Assembly (NCBI GenBank): GCA_949292375.1
Contig: CASEZG010000005.1
Location: 4,546-68,545, forward strand
Source: an uncultured Pseudomonadota bacterium
Lineage (GTDB): Bacteria; Pseudomonadota; Alphaproteobacteria; RF32; CAG-239
Reading direction: 5' to 3'
DNA: 64,000 nucleotides
How positions within the stretch are numbered: position 1 is the stretch's first letter; every line of letters begins with the position of its first letter. Below, one piece after another: positions 25,894 to 35,429 of this stretch. A program made the position numbers and the translations under genes. The notes under the pieces were generated by a model. That model saw only the letters and a program-made list of their open reading frames with translations. It was not told the origin of the DNA and made no database searches.

Positions 25894-27741
25894 TTACTTA
25901 GCTTTTAAAGCGCGCATTGCATTCAAAATTGCTATAACCGAGACACCGACATCAGCAAACACGGCATCCCACATCGTGGCAACACCTTCTGCGCCCATAA
26001 TCAAAACCAAAAATTTGACCCCCAATGCAAAAACAATATTTTGCCGCACAATCTGAAGTGTTTTCTTTGAGATTCTGATAGCCTGAGCAATTTTAGACGG
26101 CTCGTCATTCATAATCACCACATCCGCAGCCTCAACGGCAGCATCTGAACCAACACCTCCCATGGCTATACCAATATCGGAAAGAGCCAAAACCGGAGCA
26201 TCATTAATTCCGTCCCCCGTAAAGACCAATTTTCCCTGCGCCGTTTTATCCTGCAACAGTTTTTCTACTTTTTCAACCTTTTGCGCCGGCAGCAAATTAG
26301 CAAAAAACTTATCTAAACCAAGTTTTTGCGCCACATTTTCCGCAACGGCAAAATTATCTCCGGTCAACATCACGGTTTCTTTTATACCAGCTCTTTTCAA
26401 TGCCAAAATTGCAGACAAGGCATCTTCCTTAATTTCATCAGCAATAAGAATATACCCCAAATATGCCCTGTTTTGTGCTACATAAACAACCGTACCGACC
26501 TCTTTTGCTTCCTCAAAACTAACCTGAAATTCATCCAAAAGACGTTTATTACCAAGCAAAACCTCTTTTCCATCAACAACAGCTTTAGTCCCTCTTCCGG
26601 CAAGTTCTTCATAAGAAGAAATTTTTTCAAAATCCGGCTCCTGACCGAAAGCCTTTCGGATAGATTGTGAAACCGGATGTGTTGAACCCAAACCGGCATA
26701 AGCCGCCAACTCTAAAAGCTTGCGATTATCAATTCCCTCACCCTGAACTTTGCAAACCTCAAAACTACCTTTGGTCAAAGTTCCGGTCTTATCAAAAACC
26801 ACAATTTCAGCCTTTGACAAAGCCTCCAAATAATTACTTCCTTTAACCAAAATACCCTGTCTGGATGCGGCACCAATACCTCCGAAAAAGCTCAATGGTA
26901 CCGAAATAACCAAAGCACAAGGACAAGAGATAACCAAAAATGTCAAAGCTCTATAAAACCAATCACTCCATAAAGCCCCGTCAATTAACATCGGCGGAAA
27001 AACGGCAATAAACACGGCCAAAAGCACAACAATCGGCGTATAATAACGCGCAAAACGCGTAATAAAATTTTCAACGACAGCTTTTTTAGAGCTGGCATTT
27101 TCAACTAAATCCAAAATTTTAGCAACGGTAGATTGAGAATAAATTCGACTAACTTTAACCTTAAGTCTGGCGGTTAAATTAATACATCCGCTTACGACAT
27201 CACTACCAACGGCAGCCTCTCTTGGCACCGATTCTCCCGTAATTGCCGACGTATCAATTAAAGAATATCCTTCTATAATTTGCCCATCCAAGGGAATTTT
27301 TTCTCCAACATTTATAATGATGAGATCATCGACAGCAACATCTTCTGGCGCAACCTTAACAACCTTTCCGTCTTTTTCAATATTTGCATAATCCGGACGA
27401 ATATTCATTAAGGAAGCAATAGATTTGCGAGATTTTGCCACGGCATAAGATTGAAATAACTCGCCAATCTGATAAAACAACATTACCGCAACGCCTTCGG
27501 AATATTCGCCTATGGCAAAAGCTCCGATTGTTGCCAAAGCCATCAAAAAATTTTCATCAAAAACTTGCCCATGCCCGATATTTTTCAAAGCTTTAAGCAA
27601 AACCGGCAAACCGACAATCACATAAGCACTCAGCCAACAAGCCAAACGCCAAACTTCTTGCTTGACGGGAAGAAAAAAAGCACCCAAAAACAAAATTGCA
27701 GCAATTAAAATTTTATACAGAAGTTTGCGTTGCTTTTTCAT
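25894..27741 (-). CDS. Heavy-metal-translocating P1B-type ATPase (Cd/Zn-like) without a fused N-terminal metal-binding domain
   Basis: SCPCAL transmembrane metal site, DKTGTLT phosphorylation site and GDGINDAP hinge. The protein begins directly in a TM segment. Confidence 0.9.
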   Translation of the reverse strand: MKKQRKLLYKILIAAILFLGAFFLPVKQEVWRLACWLSAYVIVGLPVLLKALKNIGHGQVFDENFLMALATIGAFAIGEYSEGVAVMLFYQIGELFQSYAVAKSRKSIASLMNIRPDYANIEKDGKVVKVAPEDVAVDDLIIINVGEKIPLDGQIIEGYSLIDTSAITGESVPREAAVGSDVVSGCINLTARLKVKVSRIYSQSTVAKILDLVENASSKKAVVENFITRFARYYTPIVVLLAVFIAVFPPMLIDGALWSDWFYRALTFLVISCPCALVISVPLSFFGGIGAASRQGILVKGSNYLEALSKAEIVVFDKTGTLTKGSFEVCKVQGEGIDNRKLLELAAYAGLGSTHPVSQSIRKAFGQEPDFEKISSYEELAGRGTKAVVDGKEVLLGNKRLLDEFQVSFEEAKEVGTVVYVAQNRAYLGYILIADEIKEDALSAILALKRAGIKETVMLTGDNFAVAENVAQKLGLDKFFANLLPAQKVEKVEKLLQDKTAQGKLVFTGDGINDAPVLALSDIGIAMGGVGSDAAVEAADVVIMNDEPSKIAQAIRISKKTLQIVRQNIVFALGVKFLVLIMGAEGVATMWDAVFADVGVSVIAILNAMRALKAK

Positions 27742-27752
27742 ATAAATAAGTC

Positions 27753-27986
27753 CTATCTCACAAGTGTCACATCATCATCAACTTTGGCTATCTGCTTTTC
27801 AGCCTTATCCAAAATCTCTTCAAAACGCGATTCTTCCGCTTCCAAGACCAACTTTCCCGTCATAAAAGAAACCGTAGCTGAAATAACACCCTCAATTTGC
27901 TGAATCGCTGTCTCTATTTTTGCAGCACAGTTAGCACAGTCCAAATCTTGTAAAACAAAAGTTTTTTTCATAACCGCCTCACTCAT
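27753..27986 (-). CDS. Stand-alone heavy-metal-associated (HMA) domain protein
   Basis: 77 aa with a DCANCAAKIE (CxxC) motif. It lies 11 nt upstream of the ATPase on the same strand. Confidence 0.8.
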   Translation of the reverse strand: MSEAVMKKTFVLQDLDCANCAAKIETAIQQIEGVISATVSFMTGKLVLEAEESRFEEILDKAEKQIAKVDDDVTLVR

Positions 27987-28053
27987 TCAAACATTCGTTT
28001 AATTGTTTATATGTTTAAGGTATCATAATATTTCAGCCTTGTCAACAACCAAT

Positions 28054-28084
28054 AAAAAAGGGTGGAAACAAAACATTTCCACCC
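28054..28084 (-). terminator. Rho-independent terminator of gene 28096-28635
   Basis: Stem gggtggaaa (28060-28068) pairs with tttccaccc (28076-28084). The A-run at 28054-28059 gives a U-run on the minus strand. Confidence 0.6.
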
Positions 28085-28095
28085 CGTCAAAATTT

Positions 28096-28635
28096 TTACT
28101 GAAGCCTCATCAAAGGAGCGTTACCCAGCTCAAATTTCCAACTTTTTTCATCAAAACGAGTCAAATATCCCTCGTCTTTACAAGATTGAAACAAAACTTC
28201 CAACTTTGACATAAGCTCTGCAGCATCCGTCGCGCAAATTTGTATATATTCGGAATTTTCCAAACTTAAACCAAACATTTTTGCACCGACCTTCTTTGTC
28301 AGAACCAGAACATAAACATCGACCTTTTGCAAAAAGCCCTGTCTGAGCAATACTCTCATCAGGATATCTGAAAAAGCTCTTTCTGAAGAAACAATTCCAA
28401 ATTCTGAATAAGAAACCAAATCCTCAGGCGCGCCACAAAAATCCCTTTTTGCACAAGCATAAACTAACCTGGCAAAATCCGTTGCTCTAGTTCCCGCATA
28501 GCAAGCAAACAGCCACTTTTCATAATTGTGTTTTGTTTTCAACTCTCTTGCCAATAAATTAGCAAAAGCAAAATCTTGTCTGTTCAACAACTTACCGTCA
28601 AGCTGCGAACCAATGGTTTTAATAATCAGCTTCAT
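28096..28635 (-). CDS. Hypothetical protein (179 aa)
   Basis: Clean ORF with its own terminator. I recognise no family. Confidence 0.5.
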   Translation of the reverse strand: MKLIIKTIGSQLDGKLLNRQDFAFANLLARELKTKHNYEKWLFACYAGTRATDFARLVYACAKRDFCGAPEDLVSYSEFGIVSSERAFSDILMRVLLRQGFLQKVDVYVLVLTKKVGAKMFGLSLENSEYIQICATDAAELMSKLEVLFQSCKDEGYLTRFDEKSWKFELGNAPLMRLQ

Positions 28636-28751
28636 AACATAATAAATTTAATATTGTAATGAAAAACACGCGCAATATAACATAATCAGCAAAAGAATCA
28701 ACAAGCAAATAGAACAAAACTTATGAAGCAAGAATAGCCCCATAGTTCGCA

Positions 28752-28780
28752 CAAAAAAAGCACTCTGAAAACAGAGTGCT
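28752..28780 (-). terminator. Rho-independent terminator downstream of tRNA-His
   Basis: Stem agcactctg (28759-28767) pairs with cagagtgct (28772-28780). Seven A residues at 28752-28758 give a U-run on the minus strand. Confidence 0.65.
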
Positions 28781-28788
28781 TTTTTAAC

Positions 28789-28865
28789 TGGGGCGAACTA
28801 TGGGACTCGAACCCACGACAACCGGTACCACAAACCGGGGCTCTACCAACTGAGCTAAGTTCGCC
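28789..28865 (-). tRNA. tRNA-His (GTG) with encoded G-1:C73 and CCA
   Basis: The reverse complement folds as a cloverleaf: G-1, GCGAACT acceptor, GCTC/GAGC D-stem, CCGGT-TTGTGGT-ACCGG anticodon arm (anticodon GTG), GTGGG-TTCGAGT-CCCAT T-arm, and AGTTCGC-C-CCA. Canonical G-1/C73 is retained, unlike the alphaproteobacterial orders reported to lack G-1. Confidence 0.9.
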
Positions 28866-29027
28866 ATCAGACTTATGAGTTTTTACAAACAAACCAACTT
28901 AAAGTCAAGACAAAAAAACATAAAATTTTTTTTATAATATTAAAACACCTTTCCCAAAATTAACAATTTATTTTCTTTTTGTCGTTAAACTGAGTTTAAA
29001 CAACTCCAGAAAAAGAGATAAAAAGTG

Positions 29028-30242
29028 ATGAAAAGTAGTCTTTACAGACATTTGGTTCATATATTTGAATGCATGCTTTTAGTTTTCGGACTTGCCTTCA
29101 CCTCCGAAGCAAAAGCATCAATTTCTTCTATTATGATTGACGCTGAAAGCGGAGAGGTTTTATCTTCGTCCGGAGCAGACACTCTACGCTACCCGGCCTC
29201 ACTAACCAAAGTCATGACCTTATACATCACTTTTGACGCTTTAGAAAAAGGCATTATCAAGTTAGATGACGAGCTCCCCGTTTCACGCAAAGCAGCCAAC
29301 CGCTCCCCTTCAAAACTCGGCCTAAAAGCAGGTTCAAAAATTGATGTAAAAACTTGTATTATGGCACTTATCGTAAAATCAGCCAACGACTGTGCCACCG
29401 TCTTAGCCGAAGGACTGGGATACAGCGAAGAAAACTTTGCCAAAACCATGACCCGCGTTTCTCGCGAACTCGGAATGAAAAATACCACTTTCAAAAACGC
29501 CTCCGGCCTGCCCAATCGTCAGCAAAAGACCACAGCAAGAGATATGGCTCTGTTAGCGGCAGCAATGTATCATCACTTTCCGCAATATTACAAATGGTTT
29601 TCCGAAACCAAATTCACTTATCAGGGAAAAACTATTTATACCCACAATTATGTTCTAAAAAAATTTGAAGGCGCAGACGGTTTAAAGACGGGATTTACGA
29701 ATGCTGCCGGTTTTAATATCATCACCTCCGCCGAGCGTGATGGTCATAGGGTAATTGCCGTAACAATGGGACATAACACAGCCAAAGAACGCGACAAAAA
29801 AGTCGTTCAAATGATGAACAAAGGTTTGAGCAAATTAGCCCTGAATGATAAAGTTAATTCCGCCAATATGTACGCAAACTTAGAAGAGAAAAAATTAGAT
29901 TCGCAAGCAACAACTCAGGTTGCCGGACTAAAAATGCCCCAATCACAAGAAAAAACTTGGGATATTCAAGTCGGAGCTTTCTCCAACTATGCCAAAGCGC
30001 GTAACTATGCACTTTCAATAAAACAAAAATCGTCTCGCAAATTAGCCGACAAAGAAATTAATATTGAGCCGATTTCCACAGGCTCAGCCATCATCTATCG
30101 TTCAAAAATAACCGGTTTTGCAAAAAAAGAAGCTGATGCTGCTTGCAAGAGTTTGAAAAAATCAAACAAGTCATGTATAGTTGTCGCATCAAAAGAAAAC
30201 GAACAGCTTATCTTAGCACAAAATCAATACCAACAACAGTAA
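29028..30242 (+). CDS. D-alanyl-D-alanine carboxypeptidase (PBP5/6, S11) with a C-terminal SPOR domain
   Basis: Signal peptide. SLTK (SxxK), SAN (SxN) and KTG motifs. The C-terminal segment WDIQVGAFSNYAKARNYA is SPOR-like. Confidence 0.85.
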   Translation: MKSSLYRHLVHIFECMLLVFGLAFTSEAKASISSIMIDAESGEVLSSSGADTLRYPASLTKVMTLYITFDALEKGIIKLDDELPVSRKAANRSPSKLGLKAGSKIDVKTCIMALIVKSANDCATVLAEGLGYSEENFAKTMTRVSRELGMKNTTFKNASGLPNRQQKTTARDMALLAAAMYHHFPQYYKWFSETKFTYQGKTIYTHNYVLKKFEGADGLKTGFTNAAGFNIITSAERDGHRVIAVTMGHNTAKERDKKVVQMMNKGLSKLALNDKVNSANMYANLEEKKLDSQATTQVAGLKMPQSQEKTWDIQVGAFSNYAKARNYALSIKQKSSRKLADKEINIEPISTGSAIIYRSKITGFAKKEADAACKSLKKSNKSCIVVASKENEQLILAQNQYQQQ

Positions 30243-30248
30243 GAAATA

Positions 30249-31055
30249 ATGAACGATCCTCTTGAAAAAAAAGCACATACTATAGTCATCAGTAACGAAA
30301 AGGGCGGCACGGGAAAATCCACCATTTCCATGCACTTAGCCATAAAACTGATGCAAGAAGGTTTTTCCGTTGCCACCATTGATATGGACGGCAGACAAGG
30401 AACACTTTCCAAATATCTTGAAAACCGCGAAGCCTTTTGTGCCCGCCACAAAATTTCCTTGCCGATTCCTGTTCATTATCGTTTTTCACCACAGGAAGAT
30501 TATAATTTAATTCCCGCAGACAGAGCCAATATACGTATGCAAATATCAAAATTGCAGGATAACTATGACGCTATCATCATTGATACGCCGGGAACAAAAA
30601 ATTATCTGTTTGAAGAAGCTCATAAATTTGCCGATACTCTAATAACCCCTATTTCAGACAGTCTGATAGATTTAAATGTTCTGGCAGACATTGATTTTGA
30701 AAATGAAAAAATCGGGCAACCCGGTCATTATGCCAACTATATCTGGGAGGTCAAAAAATATTTGGCATCCTTAGGCAAACCCTACTTAAATTGGATTGTT
30801 GTCGGCAACAAATTATCATCATACAACTCAAAAAACAAACAAGTTGTTTTCAAATATCTTGAAAAAATGTCCAAATTATATGGCTTTCGTTTAGCTGAAA
30901 TCATTAAAGACAGAGTTATCTATCGTGAGCTCTTTTTAGAAGGTTTAACCGTATTAGACATGCAGCACCCGGACTTACGCTTCAAGATGAACGTTTCGCA
31001 CATTGCTGCAAAGAGAGAGATTCGCGCTCTGGCTGAGTTTATTTGCCCCGAATAG
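30249..31055 (+). CDS. mipZ: Division-plane positioning ATPase MipZ (ParA/MinD superfamily)
   Basis: Deviant Walker A NEKGGTGKST. IDMDGRQGTLSKYLENR and DRVIYRELF match my recollection of Caulobacter MipZ along the full length (268 aa). Confidence 0.85.
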   Translation: MNDPLEKKAHTIVISNEKGGTGKSTISMHLAIKLMQEGFSVATIDMDGRQGTLSKYLENREAFCARHKISLPIPVHYRFSPQEDYNLIPADRANIRMQISKLQDNYDAIIIDTPGTKNYLFEEAHKFADTLITPISDSLIDLNVLADIDFENEKIGQPGHYANYIWEVKKYLASLGKPYLNWIVVGNKLSSYNSKNKQVVFKYLEKMSKLYGFRLAEIIKDRVIYRELFLEGLTVLDMQHPDLRFKMNVSHIAAKREIRALAEFICPE

Positions 31056-31064
31056 GAGAACAAA

Positions 31065-31589
31065 ATGAAAGAACTAAGTCTTTTGATGTTTGTAGCCGCC
31101 TGCGGTTACATCCTCAACGGCTTTTTTAATCGCTTTTTTCCCAACAAAATCAGGCAACGTAACTTTTTTATTCCGTCGCAATTAGACTATAATCTTTTAT
31201 GGGGCTTCATTTTTTATATGGGATTCGCAGCTCTGATGTTTCCACCCCAATATAAAATCCTACCCTTAAGCGCGGCAAGCGTTATTTTTTGTTTATTATG
31301 CTATTACAAACTCTTACACCGATGCCTTAGCAAACCGCACAAAGGTTTGTTCTTAAATGATTTACAAAACAGGCTGCAAAGACAGCAAAAAAACGATTCT
31401 CTGCTAAATACCCCCTATTCACGCAAAGAAGCCTTACGCACTTTGGGGTTACCGTCCGGCTTAGAAAATGATAATGACTTATTAAAAAAACACCTGAATA
31501 TTCTGAAAAACTTTGCTCAACAAAACCCCAACTTTCCCTATCTCTCAGAGCTTATCAATCAGCTTGAACAAGCCCTCAAAACAAAATAA
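31065..31589 (+). CDS. Hypothetical membrane protein (174 aa)
   Basis: Two or three N-terminal hydrophobic helices and a helical C-terminus. There is no HPD motif, so I do not call it a J-domain protein. Confidence 0.5.
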   Translation: MKELSLLMFVAACGYILNGFFNRFFPNKIRQRNFFIPSQLDYNLLWGFIFYMGFAALMFPPQYKILPLSAASVIFCLLCYYKLLHRCLSKPHKGLFLNDLQNRLQRQQKNDSLLNTPYSRKEALRTLGLPSGLENDNDLLKKHLNILKNFAQQNPNFPYLSELINQLEQALKTK

Positions 31590-31676
31590 ACGGCTGATAA
31601 CTTTGTGTTGGACTTGAGTTTAATGCTCAGAGTGATAAACTCTTGCCATTAAAACAAACCACAATAAGGAGAGAGA

Positions 31677-33296
31677 ATGATAAAAACAGTTTCTACTACC
31701 CCTTACACCGATCAAAAAATGGGTACGGGCGGCTTGCGCAAAAAAACAAAAGTTATGATGCAGCCAAACTATTTTGAAAACTTCATTCAAACCATTTTCA
31801 ACACCATCGGCGGTGTCAAAGGAAAAACTTATGTAGTAGGCGGCGATGGTCGTTACTTTAACGACATTGCCATCCAAAAATTTATCAAAATGGCAGCCGC
31901 TAACGGCGTCAGCAAACTCATCATCGGTCAAAACGGCTATATGTCAACCCCCGCAGGATCTAATGTTTTGCTTAAAAACAAAACCAATGGTGCATTTATC
32001 TTCTCTGCATCACACAACCCCGGAGGCATAGACAACGATTTTGGCGTAAAATATTCGGACGAAACCGGAGGACAGGTGCCAACCTCCATTACCGATGCCA
32101 TTTATAAAAACTCTCAAAGCATCAGTGAATACAAGATTCTCGATGCTTCTGATGTTGATATCAGCAAAATCGGCACTCAAAAATTGGAAGATATGACGAT
32201 TGAAGTCATTGATCCGATTAAAGATTATGTCGAAATGTTGGAAGGTATTTTCGACTTTGAAGCCTTGAAAAAGCTTTTCAAAACAGGCTTCACAATGAAG
32301 TTTGATGCCATGAATGCCGTTACCGGACCTTACGGTAAACGCATTTTTGAAGAAATTTTGGGAGCCGCTCCGGGATCTGTAATTAATGCTACCCCGAAAC
32401 CTGATTTTGGTGGCTTGCACCCAGACCCGAATATGGTTTACGCCAAAGAACTGATTGGCATCATGTATGGTGACAACGCTCCTGATTTTGGCTGTGCCAA
32501 TGACGGAGACGGCGACCGCAATATGATTTTAGGCAAAAAGTTTTTTGTTTCCCCATCTGACAGCTTATCCATTTTGACGGATAATTATAAACTGATTCCG
32601 GCTTATAAAAACGGCATCTATGGTGTAGCAAAATCTGCCGCAACTTCAACAGCCGTTTGCCGCACGGCAAAAGCCTTGGGAATGGACTGCTATGAAGTTC
32701 CGACCGGCTGGAAATATTTTGTAAACCTAATGGATTCGAAACGCATCACTTTCTGCGGTGAGGAAAGTTTTGGCACAGGTTCCAGCCACATCCGTGAAAA
32801 AGACGGTATTTGGGCAATTTTGTTCTGGTTGAGTATTATTGCCGCAACCGGAAAATCTGTTGAAGAAATTACCAAAGAACATTGGAAAAAATACGGACGC
32901 AGCTATTACATCCGTTTTGACTTTGAAGGTATTGACAAAGCTGTTGCCGACAAATTGATGGCAGATTTGGAAACAAAATTGCCGTCTCTCAACGGCAAAA
33001 AGTTTGGCGCATATGAAGTCAGCGAAGCGGCACCTTTCATCTACAACGATCCGGTAGACGGCTCTTCCACCAAAAACGGTTTGGTTGTCAAATTTGCTGA
33101 CGGCTCTCGCATTGTTTACCGTTTATCCGGAACCGGCACCAGCGGTGCAACCTTGCGTGTTTATATGGAAAAATTTGAGCAAAATCGCCTAGATGAAGAA
33201 CCATTGGGTATGCTCAAAGACATTGCCGAAATAGCGGCAGAAATCGCCGAAATCGGTCCTCGCACAGGAAAACAACAACCCGATGTTATCACTTAG
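31677..33296 (+). CDS. pgm: Phosphoglucomutase (alpha-D-glucose-phosphate specific)
   Basis: Active-site SASHNPGG and metal loop DGDGDRNM. The ORF is 539 aa with a strong RBS (AAGGAGAG). Confidence 0.92.
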   Translation: MIKTVSTTPYTDQKMGTGGLRKKTKVMMQPNYFENFIQTIFNTIGGVKGKTYVVGGDGRYFNDIAIQKFIKMAAANGVSKLIIGQNGYMSTPAGSNVLLKNKTNGAFIFSASHNPGGIDNDFGVKYSDETGGQVPTSITDAIYKNSQSISEYKILDASDVDISKIGTQKLEDMTIEVIDPIKDYVEMLEGIFDFEALKKLFKTGFTMKFDAMNAVTGPYGKRIFEEILGAAPGSVINATPKPDFGGLHPDPNMVYAKELIGIMYGDNAPDFGCANDGDGDRNMILGKKFFVSPSDSLSILTDNYKLIPAYKNGIYGVAKSAATSTAVCRTAKALGMDCYEVPTGWKYFVNLMDSKRITFCGEESFGTGSSHIREKDGIWAILFWLSIIAATGKSVEEITKEHWKKYGRSYYIRFDFEGIDKAVADKLMADLETKLPSLNGKKFGAYEVSEAAPFIYNDPVDGSSTKNGLVVKFADGSRIVYRLSGTGTSGATLRVYMEKFEQNRLDEEPLGMLKDIAEIAAEIAEIGPRTGKQQPDVIT

Positions 33297-34389
33297 AAAA
33301 AACATATTCATCGGCATTATCGGCGCACTTGCCTTTTCGGCAAGTGCGAATGCCGGTTTATACGGTTTTACCTCCGCTAATCCCTACACTTATGAAGAAC
33401 AAATTTTGGACTTCAAATCAGCGCCGCGAAGCATTGTCAACTATCGCGAAGCCATGCGTAAACACATTATCGCACTAGCGGAATATGCCAAGACACAAAA
33501 CAAAGATTTTGAATTTATAGCGCATGAAGGCGAAGAACTTTTGCATAAAAGTTTATGGGAATATCATTTAGATGGCTATAATGAAGCCCGCAAAAAAGGC
33601 CTAAATGCGGATGACCCGGTATTTTTAGCTCACTTAAAACAAACTGAGCCACAAAAAGATTATTCTCTTTCTTCCGAAACCTATAGCAAACACTTAAGCG
33701 GCCTTGCCATCAATAATCGTTTTTGTGGCAAGCACAAACTCAATGAGCACATAAAAAAACATAATTTAAAATTAATTTCAATTGACCAGTGCAAAACAGA
33801 AGCAGCCTTTGATGAAGCCGCCATGAATGCAACAGGCCTAAACTACCTTCTTTATGCATTTATAAAACCGGAAACTGCTTTCAAAAAAATAAAAAAACAA
33901 CCGATTATCAATGAAAACGCCCAAAATATTTTCAAGGTTGCCGATGCCCAAAACATCTCCTTGTTAATAGACGATAGCTTATACAAAGACAAGGAACGTT
34001 TCTTGCAAGATATCCGAGATTCAAACTACGATATTGTTGTTATTGAGCCTTTTTTCCATCATGCTTCTCCTTTCAGCAAAGAAGAAGTAGAAAGTCTAAA
34101 GTTCAAAAAGAATGGAGCCAAACGTCTGATTTTTGCCAAAATAAATGTTAGCGAGGCCGATCAAGACGACTATTATTGGCAAGATGATTGGGAAATCGAA
34201 AAAACACCTTGGCTTCCCAGAGCATCTTTCACCGACGAAAACTCTGCAATAACAGAATATTGGGACGAAAATTGGCGGCACATTAACGGACTTTATTTTA
34301 AGGGGATTGTTGATAGCGGCTATGATGGAGCCTTTTTAACCGGCATTGAAAACCACATCTATTTTGAAAAACAAACCCCGCTGGAGTAA
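33283..34389 (+). CDS. Secreted protein, TM1410/GH114-like putative polysaccharide hydrolase (tentative)
   Basis: Signal peptide (ALAFSASANA). The C-terminal YWDENWRHINGLYFKGIVDSGYDGAFLTGIE resembles the GH114/TM1410 motif YW...W...GFDGVFLD. Confidence 0.5.
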   Translation: MLSLRKNIFIGIIGALAFSASANAGLYGFTSANPYTYEEQILDFKSAPRSIVNYREAMRKHIIALAEYAKTQNKDFEFIAHEGEELLHKSLWEYHLDGYNEARKKGLNADDPVFLAHLKQTEPQKDYSLSSETYSKHLSGLAINNRFCGKHKLNEHIKKHNLKLISIDQCKTEAAFDEAAMNATGLNYLLYAFIKPETAFKKIKKQPIINENAQNIFKVADAQNISLLIDDSLYKDKERFLQDIRDSNYDIVVIEPFFHHASPFSKEEVESLKFKKNGAKRLIFAKINVSEADQDDYYWQDDWEIEKTPWLPRASFTDENSAITEYWDENWRHINGLYFKGIVDSGYDGAFLTGIENHIYFEKQTPLE

Positions 34390-34392
34390 GCA

Positions 34393-34659
34393 ATGAATGA
34401 AGTAGAAGTATTAGACATATCCCGCGAAGCCATTTTTACCCTAATAAAAGTGGTTAGTCCGGCATTGCTGGTGGCCTTATTTATCGGTTTAATTATCGGT
34501 ATTTTTCAAGCTCTGACGCAAATTCAGGAAATGACTCTGGCATTTGTACCAAAGATTCTCGGTGTGTTTTTCACCTTAACCCTGCTTTTTCCGTTTATGT
34601 TAAACCAAATGCGAATGTTGTCCGAAACCCTGTTTGATAAAATTGTAAATGGCGGATAA
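34393..34659 (+). CDS. fliQ: Flagellar export gate protein FliQ
   Basis: 88 aa with two TM helices and the conserved QALTQIQEMTLAFVPKI. Confidence 0.9.
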   Translation: MNEVEVLDISREAIFTLIKVVSPALLVALFIGLIIGIFQALTQIQEMTLAFVPKILGVFFTLTLLFPFMLNQMRMLSETLFDKIVNGG

Positions 34660-34664
34660 GCACA

Positions 34665-35426
34665 ATGACAGAGCTGCTTAATCTTGAAATATACCGCTTT
34701 ATATTTATCTTTTTGAGGATAGGCTCGGCAATGGTTGTGATGCCGGGCTTTGCGGTCTCTTATGTTACGGAGCGTCAAAGACTTTCCATCGCTCTGGCCA
34801 TAACTGTTGTCCTTGTTCCATTTTTAAGCAGCTATCTTCCCCCTGCCCCGACAGATTTTTTAGAATTTCTGCGCATTGCATTATTTGAAATAATTTATGG
34901 CGTATTTATGGGAATTTTTATGCAAATGATGTACTCGGCATTAAGCCTGGTCGGTAATTTTGCCGGACAAGCCATCAGCTTTTCCAACGCCCAAAGTTTT
35001 GACCCCACATTCCAAAACCAAAGCATCGTCATTGAAACCTTTTTAAGTCTTGTAGCCTTAACCGTTATTTTTGTAACAGACTTACATCATCTGATGCTTT
35101 CCGCAGTCATTGACAGTTATCAATTATTTCCGGTCGGGGTCTCTTTACCCGTAGCCGATTTTTCAGACTTTCTAAGCCAAACCGTAAATAAAAGTTTTAT
35201 TATCGGTTTCAAAATTGGTTCACCATTTATCGCTTTTTCCATTATTTTTTATGTAGGTATGGGGCTGGTTTCAAGATTAATGCCCCAATTAAACATTTTC
35301 TTTTTGTCTTTGCCGCTACAAATCTATCTGGGGCTGGGATTATTATTCCTAACCACCCCGATAATGATTCTTTGGTTTACCAAATATTACGAAGACGGCT
35401 TAATAAAATTTACGTCGGGGAGCTAA
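34665..35426 (+). CDS. fliR: Flagellar export gate protein FliR
   Basis: 253-aa polytopic membrane protein between fliQ and flhB. The N-terminus (FIFIFLRIGSAMVVMPGF) is typical of FliR. Confidence 0.85.
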   Translation: MTELLNLEIYRFIFIFLRIGSAMVVMPGFAVSYVTERQRLSIALAITVVLVPFLSSYLPPAPTDFLEFLRIALFEIIYGVFMGIFMQMMYSALSLVGNFAGQAISFSNAQSFDPTFQNQSIVIETFLSLVALTVIFVTDLHHLMLSAVIDSYQLFPVGVSLPVADFSDFLSQTVNKSFIIGFKIGSPFIAFSIIFYVGMGLVSRLMPQLNIFFLSLPLQIYLGLGLLFLTTPIMILWFTKYYEDGLIKFTSGS

Positions 35427-35429
35427 AAG

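Noticed and set aside
28698-28892. A 64-aa minus-strand ORF (…SSVGRAPVCGTGCRGFESHSSPQ…).
   Set aside because: It is a translation through the tRNA-His gene and its terminator, so it is not a protein gene.
28985-28999. A perfect CtrA-type box TTAA-N7-TTAA 25 nt upstream of the PBP5/SPOR gene.
   Set aside because: In DNA this A/T-rich, the half-site pair is expected several times per 64 kb by chance; my rough estimate is 5-10 occurrences. I saw no enrichment at the flagellar or cell-cycle promoters in the window. It is worth checking only with a genome-wide motif scan.
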